A DNA stretch of 32,715 bases from Tubiluchus corallicola (lineage: Eukaryota > Animalia > Priapulida). The stretch is taken from positions 1-32,715 of the forward strand of contig JAQGDQ010001606.1 in assembly GCA_030141605.1 (NCBI GenBank), read 5' to 3'. Positions 1-11,489 of this stretch are shown piece by piece (position 1 is the stretch's first letter; every line of letters starts with the position of its first letter). Below the pieces are notes generated by a model. It worked only from the letters and a program-made list of their open reading frames with translations. It was not told the DNA's origin and searched no databases. Made by a program: the position numbers and the translations under genes.

Positions 1-191
1 TAACCTACCGGACACTCTAGCATTTTGCAGATACTCTAACCTACCGGACACTCTAGCATTTTACAGATACTCTAACCTACCGGACACTCTAGCATTTTAC
101 AGATACTCTAACCTACCGGACACTCTAGCATTTTACAGATACTCTAACCTACCGGACACTCTAGCATTTTACAGATACTCTAACCTACCGG
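1..191. repeat. 36-bp tandem repeat (>=5 copies) containing the exon-12 splice donor
   Basis: Unit taacctaccggacactctagcattttacagatactc starting at 1, 37, 73, 109, 145. Confidence 0.97.
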
Positions 192-442
192 CAGCTCCAC
201 ATTGGCACATAAATTTACAGATCTGGCAACGTGTACAGTAATATTAAGCATTGTTCCAGCTTGCACGTAGTTCCCCATACCAATTACTCCGATGTCATCA
301 GTCACGCCACCTTGAAGAGATTTATCAGGACACGGCAGAACTGGAGCAGTTAGATCGAGATAATGGTGCCCATCTAATAACTCCGACAGATCAAATTTTG
401 CTACTCCGTAAGGACCAGTTTCGACGATGTTCTTGGTAGGAT
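189..442 (-). CDS. CFAP92: CFAP92-like exon 12 (…GPYGVAKFDLSELLDGHHYLDLTAPVLPC…GNYVQAGTMLNITVHVARSV…LP); gene continues beyond the left edge
   Basis: ttacag| acceptor, CCG|gtaggt donor; 'PYGIA..xLxELL.G...L.L..PI..C' and 'GxY..A...L' motifs. Confidence 0.85.
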
Positions 443-489
443 CTGTAACTAATTTGTAAAAATTCAATTATAAATCTAACACCGTTTTG

Positions 490-1302
490 CATTGTGAGCA
501 ATGGGGCCTCTTTACGCTATATTACAATTGTTGTAGCAATGGCGGGCCTCTTTACCCGCTATATTTACATTGTTGGCAATGCGGGCCTCTTTACCACGCT
601 ATATTTAATTGTTGTAGCAATGGCAGGCCTCTTACGCTATATTTAATTGTTGTAGCAATGGCGGGCCTCTTTACCACGCTATATTTACAATTGTTGTAGC
701 AATGGCGGGCCTCTTTACCACACTATATTTACAATTGTTGTAGCAATGGCAGGCCTCTTTATCATGCTATATTTACAATTGTTGTAGCAATGGCAGGCCT
801 CTTTACCACGCTATATTTACAATTGTTGTAGCAATGGCGGGCCTCTTTACCACGCTATATTTACAATTGTTGTAGCAATGGCGGGCCTCTTTACCACGCT
901 ATATTTACAATTGTTGTAGCAATGGCAGGCCTCTTTACCACGCTATATTTACAATTGTTGTAGCAATGGCGGGCCTCTTTACCACGCTATATTTACAATT
1001 GTTGTAGCAATGGCAGGCCTCTTTACCACGCTATATTTACAATTGTTGTAGCAATGGCAGGCCTCTTTACCACGCTATATTTACAATTGTTGTAGCAATG
1101 GCAGGCCTCTTTACCACGCTATATTTACAATTGTTGTAGCAATGGCAGGCCTCTTTAACACGCTATATTTACAATTGTTGTAGCAATGGCAGGCCTCTTT
1201 ACCACGCTATATTTACAATTGTTGCAGCAATGGCAGGCCTCTCTACCACGTTATATTTACAATTGTTGTAACAATGGCGGGCCCCTTTACCACGCTATAT
1301 TT
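490..1302. repeat. 44-bp minisatellite, about 18 copies
   Basis: Unit atttacaattgttgtagcaatggc(a/g)ggcctctttaccacgctat; first copies carry small deletions. Confidence 0.97.
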
Positions 1303-1800
1303 TGGCTCCCATTGACTTTGCTTGCTCTATATTTAGCACAGCAAAGTGAGTAATAGCAAATGATAAAATGTAAATTCACTGTGCAATACGGAAATTATTA
1401 TTATTAGTAGTAGAAAAAGATGCAAAATTGTTCAGTAAAGTAGGCAAGCCAAGTGATCCGCTTCACAATCCACAATCCACTTCAAAATCCACCAAAAGAA
1501 AAGCTGAAAGACACGGGAAATGCCATGCTTCTTAGACTCAAACTGACGATAGAAATAGCAGTTAATACTTTTATAAATAGAAGTATTTTAACGTAGATTA
1601 CCATTAACATTTTAACTTTTACAGCTCTTTATTTGATTTTATTGTCATTTCAAATTGATTTAATGCAAAAATTTTATTTTGTTTTAATGATATACAATTT
1701 AATACCCAATGATTTCTCTTAATTCAAGCTTTTATTAATGTATCGTACGTTTATTAATAGCTGTATTTTAAATTGAAATGCTGTAAAACAGCTTGTTTAA

Positions 1801-2600
1801 ATATATATATATATATTAATTCTTTATTTGTCATTAAAATTGTTCACTCATTATAATAAAATTGAGTAAGCCTCAGCGTAATGTTAAGATAACAACACTG
1901 TTCAAGACAAATGTGTCCAGTGCAGACTAAAAAGTGTAAAATTAAGGCCTAATTATATACAATAAATGGACATATTTACAAACACCATATTAAAATATTT
2001 TTACAAAACAATATTACAAAAGTACATTCAATTTTACATGACATATTTTACACTATATACATTTGACATGACACAATTAACAGAAATATGCTTTACATTA
2101 CATAATTTTTTAAAAATTTTTACATTATTAATCGTTTTACGGAGTCAGGGGCGGGGGTAGATGGAAGCTGAGTCTGTGTAATTAGTATCAGATGCACAAT
2201 GTGGAAGTTGAAAACTGTTGTATTGATATTCTTTTAATTTCCTTTTTAAAGTGGTGGAGAGATACTATTAGTTTTATTTCACTGGGTAGTAAATTCCATA
2301 AATGAATGGCCTCTTTTGATATAGAGTTATTTCCAAATTTATTGTTTACTGTAATTTGCTTTAAATTGTGTGTTCTATTGTTTAAATTGGTATCAGGAAT
2401 GAATGCTAAGGGATTGTTTATAAATGGAATGCCCAGTTTATTGATATATTTATAAAGAAATATCAGTGTTTGGCAATCTCGATAGGCTTCTGATATTCGT
2501 ATTGTTGTGGACGTTCTTAAGCTTGTTGCAGATGCAGCATGTTGTTTAGCAGTTTTGTTAGAGTAGCCATGAATTGCTTTCAATTTATACTATTATAAAA
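1801..2600 (-). mobile_element. CR1/L2-group LINE 3' fragment with AT-rich 3' UTR
   Basis: LWNLLPSEIK…SLHHFKKEIK motif; AATAAA and (TA)n at the distal end. Confidence 0.7.
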
Positions 2601-2859
2601 TATCCAGGGAGAATGGTAAGTTTTTATGAGAATCAAAGACCTTTAGATACTTACTTACTTATTTACATTCTGTTTGAGGATTTAGTTCCTTGCTGTCGGC
2701 CATGACACACAGTCGAAGGCACAACCTTCATATTGATTATGGATACAAAATTTTATTGTTTACCTTTTACTCATGTATTTATTTCTTGTGCCTAATAAAT
2801 AAATAAAACTTACTCACTCACTTACTTACTTACATAGTTACTCATACTAAAAGCTATAT

Positions 2860-3339
2860 CAGCGATGAGAATGACAAATTGCAAAAAACTCTGAAACAAG
2901 CCGGGCGAAGCCCCCTTGGAGCCAGCAACAAATTGCAATTTTGTGACCGTAGAGAGCCTCTAAGTGGACTTAAAATATCAATTACCTTGTTTCATGCATA
3001 ATTTAAAATACCCAACTATCAAGGATACATGATACCTAATTGTCTCAAAAATGCCTAAGTACTGGCCGCTCCTATGCAAAAGTATATAAAAACTGTCTGC
3101 AATTGACTCAAATAACTCCGCACAATTGATTCTATATTTTTATACATAGAGATATACACGTCGTTACACTGATGTACGTGATGTCAACAAAGTGACGGCC
3201 TGCCAACTAGCGGTCAGGTTGTGAAATGTACTGGGTCCGTGAAAATTTTCTCAACGAATTTACGCGATTTACAAAAATGGCACTACTGGTCTTCCAAAAA
3301 CTCGGAATTCCGGGTATCCGCGGAAAATTCTCATCCCTG
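2860..3339. mobile_element. hAT-like MITE, copy 1
   Basis: TIR CAG(C/G)GATGAGAAT…ATTCTCATCCCTG; 8-bp TSD agctatat/agccatat. Confidence 0.75.
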
Positions 3340-3450
3340 AGCCATATAGCCTGTTGAGATTTAAAATCTGGACTGTTCAGTGAAAAACTGCAATGAGAAA
3401 TACTAAAACCTTTACAAACGTTCGTACAGCAGGCAGTTGTGCGTACTCAC

Positions 3451-3609
3451 CTGCTGAAAGAGCATGACTAATGTGAACATCAGCCGGGTCACATCCAAAC
3501 AAAACCTCATCCGTCTTTACTTCGGCGGGAAGTGGGTCACGATCATGAACTCTCACTTCTAACGGAGTGCAGCGCAAGTATTCTTTAAGCTCCCTCATGT
3601 CCACATCAC
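3451..3609 (-). CDS. CFAP92: CFAP92-like exon 11 (DVDMRELKEYLRCTPLEVRVHDRD…LFGCDPADVHISHALSAG)
   Basis: ttaaag| acceptor, G|gtgagt donor, 159 bp; 'LxEYL..PPL.VEVHDRD' motif of CFAP92. Confidence 0.88.
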
Positions 3610-3775
3610 CTTTAAAAGAAATGACAAATGACCCCCTCCCTCACCATAGCCCATCTTTAATGGTTATGATGGCTACATTACTACCATCAATTATATTTAA
3701 ACGTTCTATACAATTATAGTTATTATTACAAGTATAATGTATAATTTAATCTCTTCTCCCCCACTTAAATTTGAG

Positions 3776-3830
<55 letters not shown>

Positions 3831-3846
3831 ATATATATATATATAT
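3776..3846. repeat. (TA)n(TG)n(TA)n microsatellite
   Basis: Direct reading. Confidence 0.95.
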
Positions 3847-4035
3847 CATTGTATATACAAGTAAGCAATATGGTGCATTGTAATACAAGTAAGTGGTACA
3901 TTGACAGATAATCACACAATTCATATTCGTAACTATTTAAAAAAAATTTCACTCTTTAAGGCTCACTCAAAGTCGTAATTACATATTATGTTTTCCTTTC
4001 TTAACTTTCAGGTTTATTGCTCTTATACCATTGCT

Positions 4036-4452
4036 ATTATTACATCATTTACTTCATCATTATTTACATTAAGTTATCTACAGAAGCATGCATAATTATA
4101 ATCATTTTTTCATTTAAGTAAGGTGAGTGTGTTAATGACCGTATGGTCGTATACTCACCTCGCACTACTCAAATTATTACATCATTTACTTCATTCTTAT
4201 TTACATTAAGTTATCTACAGAAGCATGCATAATTATAATCATTTTTTCACTTAAGTAAGGTGAGCGTGTTAATGACCGTATGGTCGTACACTCACCTCGC
4301 ACTACTCAAATTATCACATCATTTACTTTATCCTTATTTACATTAAGTTATCTACAGAAGCATGCATAACTATAATCATTTTTTCACTTAAGTAAGGTGA
4401 GTGTGTTTATGACCATATGATCGTACACTCACCTCGCACTACTTAAATTATT
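4036..4452. repeat. ~137-bp tandem triplication, each unit with a hairpin
   Basis: Three near-identical units; aggtgagtgt…gacc gtat ggtc…acactcacct. Confidence 0.9.
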
Positions 4453-5490
4453 TTATTTAAAATTTATTAATGTGTATGATATTGTATTTTTTGATGTGTG
4501 AAAATAAATTCATAGTTCAAATGACAAGATTCATTAGCCATTTACACGTATAATAAAAAAAATGCGTCAGAAATTCATTTTAAGCTCAAGAGTACATAAA
4601 GTATGGAATTTTACATTGTGTGTTCGGCACTTGACACAATGCATGCACAACAGTGAACAATGCAGCGTCATCAAATACAGCTGACAACTTCAAAATTAAA
4701 ACAATGGATGTTACATCAAAAAATTCGAAATAAATTCGTTTTTCCCATGCATAAGTTTCCCATGCCCAATCATAAAAAGAAGATCTCGAGAGAATGTATT
4801 TCGCAAACCGACGTACACTCTACGAAGACAAAAACAATTTGTGCATCACACAAGTCATATAATGCAGTAAAGTAAAGTTATTAAATGAACGGCAACTGAG
4901 AGCATTGGAATCAAATTCTATTAAGTTCCACAAGCAAGCAGAACACTGTAATTTAAAAACCTGGAAATGAAATTTGTTTGAAACATAAACTATGTTTCAA
5001 AAAATTTCTCTCAATATCTTTTCATACACCAAGCTAAATACTAAACTGAGACACTGGATCAGAAGCGGTGTTTCAGCAATATTAAAAGTATTGAAAGTCA
5101 AGTAACTTCACAAATATATGAAAGACCCAGCATCTAGGAATCAACATGTTTATTGAGCGACGATCGTTTTGGCTACTGAAGCCATTGTCAAACTATAAAT
5201 GATGCCAAAAAGAAGAATAAATGGTACATTAATAACACAAAGGCATAAACCGAAACTACAAAACAACAGATTAAAATTTAACTTATCAAAATACACGAAG
5301 TTGTAATGGAAGAAATTACAAAATGAATACAGAAGTTTTGAAACTAGAAATAGAGCTCACGACAATCTTACTGTTGTAGTGCGTCTAATACATGCAATGC
5401 TCATGCAACTTGGAACATTCAGAGATTACCATTTTGGCCCTGCAGAGCATGAAAAAAGTAAAAAAATCAATGTGCAACTTTTTACAATAG

Positions 5491-5984
5491 CAGGGATGAG
5501 AATGTCAAATTGCAAAAAAACTCTGAAACAGGCCGGGGGTTTTGGGGCCACGTCGGCCCACAATGGGGTTGAAATTGCAATTTTGTGACCATAGAGAGCC
5601 TCTAAGTGGACTAACAATATCAATTACCTTGTTTCATGCATAATTTAAAATACCCAACTATCAAGGATACATGATACCTAATTGTCTCAAAAACGCCTAA
5701 GTACTGGCCACTCCTATGCAAAAGTATATAAAAACTGTCTGCAATTGACTCAAATAACTCCGCACAATTGATTCTATATTTTTATACATAGAGATATACA
5801 CGTGGTTACACTGATGTACGTGACGTAAACAAAGTGACGTCCTGCCAACTAGCGGTCAGCTTGTGAAATAATGTACTGGGTCCGTAAAAATTTTCTCAAC
5901 GAATTTACGAAATTTACAAAAATGGCACTACTGGTCTTCCAAAAACTCGGAATTACACGTATCCGCAGAAAATTCTCATCCCTG
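5491..5984. mobile_element. hAT-like MITE, copy 2
   Basis: Perfect 13-bp TIR CAGGGATGAGAAT; body closely matches 2860-3339; TSD unclear. Confidence 0.78.
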
Positions 5985-6057
5985 TAATAGATATATCCAA
6001 TCTAACTTGCTTTATCACCTGGGGATTGATCTAACGTTTATTACTCTTCCAGTACTC

Positions 6058-6376
6058 TCTTATGGAAGTCCTACAGCAGGTGCAGTCAAGGCGGTTGCAG
6101 GAAATAGTCGCAGAGAGAAGGCTGAGATTGGCTGGACATATTCTACGCCTACCAGAACAACGCCACTCCAAAATAGCGTTACGCTGGGAACCACCTGGTG
6201 GAAAAAGGAAAAGAGGTCGGCCAAAAACAACGTGGCGCAGATCTTTCAAAGAAGACCTTCGGGCTATGAACAGACGTTGGGAGAACATCGAAAGAGAAGC
6301 CGCCGATAGAACCCAGTGGAAAATGCTGTCTGCCCAATGTGCATCCGTGCACGGGAAGGACTAAGGTCTAAGGTAA
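6058..6376 (+). mobile_element. 5'-truncated RTE-clade LINE 3' end
   Basis: RRLRLAGHILR…ALRWEPPGGKRKRGRPKTTWRR…DRTQWK peptide; (TAAGG)-like tail. Confidence 0.85.
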
Positions 6377-6568
6377 GAACTCTCTTATGAAATCCAAAAT
6401 TGTTACTCAGAACATTCGAGCATCTGCTACTTGGTAAAAATAATAATAATATATTGTAATATTTATATTATTACATTATATTATTATAATATTATTTAAT
6501 TATAATAAAAATAATAACCTGACCTCGGGCGATCAAAATAAACAGCTGTGAAAAAACTTCCGCCTTAC

Positions 6569-6681
6569 CTGTGAGATAGGGAACAGAGTGATCCACTTGT
6601 AAATGACGAGAATGCTCTAATGGCCCACAAATTACTTCTGGAAAGTTGAAAAACTGGTAGGACAACGTAACTGGTTTACAT
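6569..6681 (-). CDS. CFAP92: CFAP92-like exon 10 (CKPVTLSYQFFNFPEVICGPLEHSRHLQVDHSVPYLTG)
   Basis: ttttag| acceptor, G|gtaagg donor, phase 2-1; CxPV..xYxF motif. Confidence 0.85.
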
Positions 6682-7144
6682 CTAAAATGCAAAACACGAC
6701 GTGCTAAACAACTTGAAGTGATTTTTCACCATTATATGAACTCAAAACATGAAATGAAAACAGCAAATACATAAACAAGTTGCAAATATTTGATTGTCAC
6801 CTGTCACCAGTAGTACAAATAAATGTAATGTCAGTTTGATGGTTTGAAATTTAAAGCACAGGAAAACTCTCTTCACCAATAAAGCTTCAAATTTTTTGCC
6901 TCGAAACACTTACGCACCGTCTTATTGCATGCAGAGCTTGCATTAGCAGTAACACTGCATGAAATTTGCAAATTCAAACTCCCATGATTACCGTTACGCG
7001 CACTCATTTTAACGGCAAGACATTTGCTACAAGTTAAGACAGCATTGTGTAAAGTTTGAAAAAATAATCACAGCATTTGTAGTACACCTGTGACTCTTCA
7101 CTAATTAAGTAAAACTAAGTATAACTACACAAGCTGACAAGTTT

Positions 7145-7815
7145 TACTACAAGATTACATTAGACATTAGTAGAAAATGACGGTTAGAAAATATTAATGT
7201 ACGAATATTTAAAACTGATGCATTTCATATCAGATAGAAAGTACTGGAAGCGTTTAGTACGCAATATAAAGTCATGCATGCATTGGAATATTTTACAGTT
7301 AGCAACATAGTTAAATTCATCTTTTCCGAATAATAACAACTTCAACAGATCATTAGTTCCTAAGGCAGCTATATTAAGGTTTTTAGGCAGAAGCATTTCA
7401 TTTAGTTTATCAAACATAACAACCCTAGTTTGTTGATACAATGGGCAGTGCAACAAAAAGTGTTCAACAGACTCAAGTCGAAATCCACAGTTACAATTCG
7501 GCAATATTGGATGACCGTTATTATCTTTACAGCCTTTAGAGAAAAGATCATAGTTTAGCTGAGAAAATCCGATTCTCATGCGCGTATGATGCACTGAAAT
7601 TGGAAGTTTACCAAATGAAAAATGTTTCTTACGCAACGAAAAACTTAAATGAGATTTGAGCTCCTGTTTGAATTGTGAAATGGATGTAATTTCACGAATG
7701 TTCTGTGGTAAGTTGTTCCACATGTTAATGGTCGATATGAAAAACGATTTTTCACAGCTAACAGAACGGCAATTAAAATTTCTGTATTTATTACCACTGC
7801 CTATATAATAGGGGG
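7145..7815 (-). mobile_element. CR1-group LINE 3' fragment
   Basis: SFFISTINMWNNLP…SISQFKQELK…TRMRIGFSQLN…CNCGFRLESVEHFLLHCPLY. Confidence 0.85.
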
Positions 7816-7899
7816 TAACTTCGTTTATGTATAAAGTTTATGTACATATTATTGAAACAACATATTTTTGTTGAGCAAGGAATATTGCAAAATGGCTTA

Positions 7900-7938
7900 C
7901 CACTGATGATGACAGCAGTAGCTCTGCCGAAACGTTTG
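7900..7938 (+). ncRNA. Penelope-type minimal hammerhead ribozyme remnant
   Basis: CTGATGA-t-gacag…ctgcc-GAAACGTT followed by aataaagttg; stems I and II imperfect. Confidence 0.55.
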
Positions 7939-8000
7939 ACATGATTTTAGCAATATAACTTAAGAGTTTTAATAAAGTTGTGCTGTTTTAACTACAAATC

Positions 8001-8088
8001 TTGTTGGCATCCTTCTGTCTCGGAAGACAATGGAGTGTGCCCCAAGAGAGTCAGTTATTGATCACATTGATGGAGCTGCAGTGCGATC
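8001..8088 (-). mobile_element. 3' end fragment of the same SINE or its partner LINE
   Basis: Reverse complement of the SINE 3' terminal ~80 nt. Confidence 0.8.
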
Positions 8089-8399
8089 AATAATCAGAGC
8101 ATTCGTAGTACACCCGTGTCTCTTCCCTAATTAAGTAAAACTAAGATCAATAACGTGTTTTTGGTGAATCAGAAGTGCATTCTGGGATGGCGATACATTG
8201 CAGTTTTACAAGGTGGAGCAAATATTTTAAATTATTAGGAATTTTCCTTTCCAATTACACAAGTCTTTCAAACAGGAAAGTGTAATGCCAAGCAATATAA
8301 CTTTGTAGGCAAAGTCTTTATCGATATACTCCAAAATTCCTTTTTCTTCCTCTTTAACATCCTAAAATTTACATTTGCCCATTGATACGATACACGTAT

Positions 8400-8881
8400 T
8401 CTTCTTCTTCTTCCCAGCTTTTCCCTATGCGGGGTCGCCGTTGTGAATGAGTCTTCTCCACGCATTCCTGTTGTTGACCATCTCTTCATTTATGTGTTCC
8501 CTTCCCACATGATCTTCACCGACTCTTCTTTTCAGGTGTCCATACCATCGCAATCTTTCGAGGCTTCCACAACTTTTACTGTTCCTCTGATATTACTATT
8601 TCTAATTTTATCTCTTCTGGTTATTCCCACCATCCATCTCAACATCCTCATCTTCACCACACCCATTTTCTTCTCTTCGGCCTTCTTTAGAGAAGCTGCT
8701 TCCAGCCCATAGATTAGAGCGGGTCTGACCACTTCTTTGTGGACTTTAGACTCATTCATAGAAGGTTTTGGCGCAGTTTTTATAGGTGGATGCCCTTCCT
8801 GACCCTAACCCTCCCTATTTATCCGGCCTTGGGACCGGCACTGAGTTGGGCTGGCTTGCCCCCCCCCCCAGTGGCTAGGTT
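8400..8881 (-). mobile_element. Non-autonomous bipartite RTE (Rex3/Expander-like) retroposon, copy 1
   Basis: RTE-type 5' UTR fused to a deleted RT C-terminus (VVRPALIYGLE…MRMLRWM…TRRDKIRN…RLRWYGHL), (GAA)n tail, TSD cacgta(t) at 8393 and 8882. Confidence 0.85.
8805..8881 (-). ncRNA. Twister ribozyme (P1-type fold), 3' cleavage product only, with one pseudoknot substitution
   Basis: AA CCUA GCC [P3 hairpin] GCCGGUCCCAAGGCCGG AUAAA UAGG GAGGG; P2 CCUA/UAGG, P4 CCGG/CCGG, CCC/GGG pseudoknot. Confidence 0.8.
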
Positions 8882-9372
8882 CACGTATACGATACACCTA
8901 ATAAATAACAATTAAAAACTACTTAAATCCCATTTCTTCACTGTCAAATAATTAAATTTTTGACAGTTTCCACAATAAATTGTTGTAATGAAATTTGTAC
9001 GCTTGTAATTTGAACACTAAATGAAAATAAATCATTGGACAATGTTAAAAGAAAAAAATAGAACAAAGAACAGCTGAAGATTATAGGTTATAGGTTTTTT
9101 TTATATTAGCTGTTTTGCATTTTGATTTTTTCATTAGAGAGAAGCACTAATGGATTTTAAATTGCTCATGAAGTATTGTGACTTTTCATAGGAATTTATT
9201 ACTTTTTGTAAATGGGCATTTTACGTGTACACACTGGATCTGTGAAACAAATGAAATGTATTAGACAGTAATGATTATTATATTAAAAGGAGACTTGCTA
9301 CTTTATTGCGACTTGCGACTTGCTATTAAAAGAAATATCTACATTCAGTTCACTGTAGATATTTAAATATTA

Positions 9373-10070
9373 CCGTATTTATTCGAGTATAATGCGCAAA
9401 CTTTTCTAGCTAAAAAAAGAACTCAAAGTTTGGGTGCATGTTATAAACAAGGGCTGGGGTGACACGCTTAGATGTATCAATACATTATTTGTGCAGTGAC
9501 TCATTAGTCGAAGATATCGCTGACCACAATCGCAAAACATTGAATGCAGCCACATCTCTCGACCCACAAAACGCCTGTGGTCTATTTTTAGTAACAGTAT
9601 CCAAAGCACTTGCGTTGACGATCTAAAATAAATAATTCTCAATGGCTCATGAGCAACACTCACGGCAGAGGCGAGGCGTAGCTAAGGAAATAATCAATAA
9701 TATTCAATAATCAAATGTGTCATCCGACCTGCTGTGGGATTCAGACTCAGAAGAAAGTGAAGAAACTGAAGAAACAGAAGTTCCTCCCAACTGGGACACT
9801 GATGATAAATTGACTCAAGAAGAATGGGAACAACTCTTTGGTGTATCTGATGATGAATCGGACTTTGAAGGATTATAAATAAATATTGTAAATTTTGTTT
9901 CGGTATTGTGTTCATAGTTTACTTTAAGTTGTCAATAAATGATTTTTATCACGTGTTCAATAACGTTTGTCACTTACAATGCTTGGTCTGAGCCGAGAGA
10001 AAGTGAAACAAATTTTATACCGATTTTTAATCGAAAATTAGGGGTGCACGTTACACTCGAATAAATACGG
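9373..10070 (+). mobile_element. Tc2/pogo-type non-autonomous DNA transposon
   Basis: TA|CCGTATTTATTCGAGT…ACTCGAATAAATACGG|TA; retains an acidic transposase-like C-terminus WEQLFGVSDDESDFEGL*. Confidence 0.8.
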
Positions 10071-10167
10071 TAAATCAGCATCAAAGGACAATCACAGAAA
10101 ACAAAAAATGCAAAGAATTGATTATCTACTCAATATCTCAAATTCGCAAAACGTACAATTACCCCAC

Positions 10168-10357
10168 CTTTCTGCAAGCTGAAAACACGACAGGGGCTGC
10201 TGTGGTAAATTTGTAACTGAGTTGACGGTGATGGTAAGAGGGTTGAGCAGAAACTTCTGCAAGTGTGACATCAGTTCGCCGTTTACCGTAACCGTAGCGA
10301 ACATTTCCGAGACTCCGGCCATTGAATCCGTCATTCGACTGGTCTGCGACTTTTTTC
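10168..10357 (-). CDS. CFAP92: CFAP92-like exon 9 (KKSQTSRMTDSMAGVSEMFATVTVNGELMSHLQKFLLNPLTITVNSVTNLPQQPLSCFQLAER)
   Basis: ttccag| acceptor, AG|gtgggg donor, phase 1-2; LNPLTIxI..xTxLP..P motif of CFAP92 homologues. Confidence 0.85.
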
Positions 10358-10427
10358 CTGGAAATATTTGAATTAATTGGAAAAATCAACTGCTGTTAGT
10401 GATCAGCATGAGCGTACTTTTATTATA

Positions 10428-11031
10428 TGTTGGAAGTAACCGTACATAGTTAAAAGTAGCATTCCTGGCATAACAGCAACAACTAACTTTTATTATATTG
10501 TACTACGGGGCTGTGGTGAAATGAAATGTAATGCTGGCAGGGGAATACAGTAGACGTCTCAGGTGTGCATGTGAACGTGGCTTTATCTACCACAGATTCG
10601 TATTCTGACCTTGTGTTAGTAAAAGCCACTAGTCACGTGCACACCTGAGCTTATAAAAAGGGAAGGTCTGCTGTACACCTGAGCTTATAAAAAGGGAAGG
10701 TCTGCTGTAGACCCTTGTCAGTGGTCGTCTCTTTCATTGCAGCTCTGTTCACATTTCACAGGCTTTGCCGCAAACTCCGTTCTTCTAGGTAAGCTGTTTG
10801 TTCCTTATTGGGGGTGTGATATGCAGTAATAAAATTGTCATTTCGACTCTATTATTCTGGTTCTGTTTTGAGCGAGGTGTTGAAGGACTTAATTGGGACA
10901 TGCCGCACGGTGTGGGCCGCGGTGCCATCCGTCCTGCATCCGTTAAAAGCGACCAGCAGTCCAATATGTTGGAAGTAACCATACATAGTTAGTTAAAAGC
11001 TGCATTCCTGGAATAACAGCAACAACTAACT
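10428..11031 (+). mobile_element. Probable solo LTR (10428-10966) followed by a partial tandem copy of its first ~65 bp
   Basis: TGTTGGA…TCCAATA ends, TATAAAA (duplicated in a 34-bp repeat), AATAAA; TGTTGGAAGTAACC restarts at 10967. Confidence 0.5.
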
Positions 11032-11333
11032 GATTAAACATTCTGTGAAAAGCAGCGAGACTTACAAAAGAAAACTGTTGGATTAAATATTTAGCTTCCA
11101 GAAATTCTTGGGTAACAAGGTTAATTGCAGTGTACATGCGCGTCAAACCAAAATCATTAGGCTAACACATCAGCGTATGATAAATATCCCTGCTTACAAC
11201 CAAAACGGTATTTAACATGACTGATTAGAGCACAAAACCCAACATGCAAAGTTGTAGAACAACAGAGAATTACCAAATTTCAAACTTATTTGTAGATGAA
11301 ATAATAAAGTTTAATGCATGAAAGCAAAGGTAC

Positions 11334-11489
11334 CAGTAAAGAAAACAGACATATTCATAGTTATCAGTCCAGCGCAGCTTTTTTTTGCTGAGTCTGTTCG
11401 ATCGCTTCCACTTCCAGCCGTTGTTTTGGTCAACTTCTGTGACAAATGCCTGGGCTCTGCACCAGATGCATCAGACTCACCACTTTTAC
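11334..11489 (-). CDS. CFAP92: CFAP92-like exon 8 (GKSGESDAS…AGLITMNMSVFFTG)
   Basis: cattag| acceptor, G|gtacct donor, 156 bp, phase 1-1. Confidence 0.7.

Larger units (their letters stand above)
6855..8353. mobile_element. Older Kolobok-like copy split by nested CR1, Penelope and SINE pieces
   Basis: TTAA|AGCACAGGAAAA start, shared internal blocks (caaactccc…accgtta; aaagtttgaaaaaataatca), ends ttttcttcctct|TTAA. Confidence 0.55.

Noticed and set aside
490-1302. CRISPR-like regular array
   Set aside because: Head-to-tail units with no unique spacers, no cas genes, eukaryotic context; same for the other arrays
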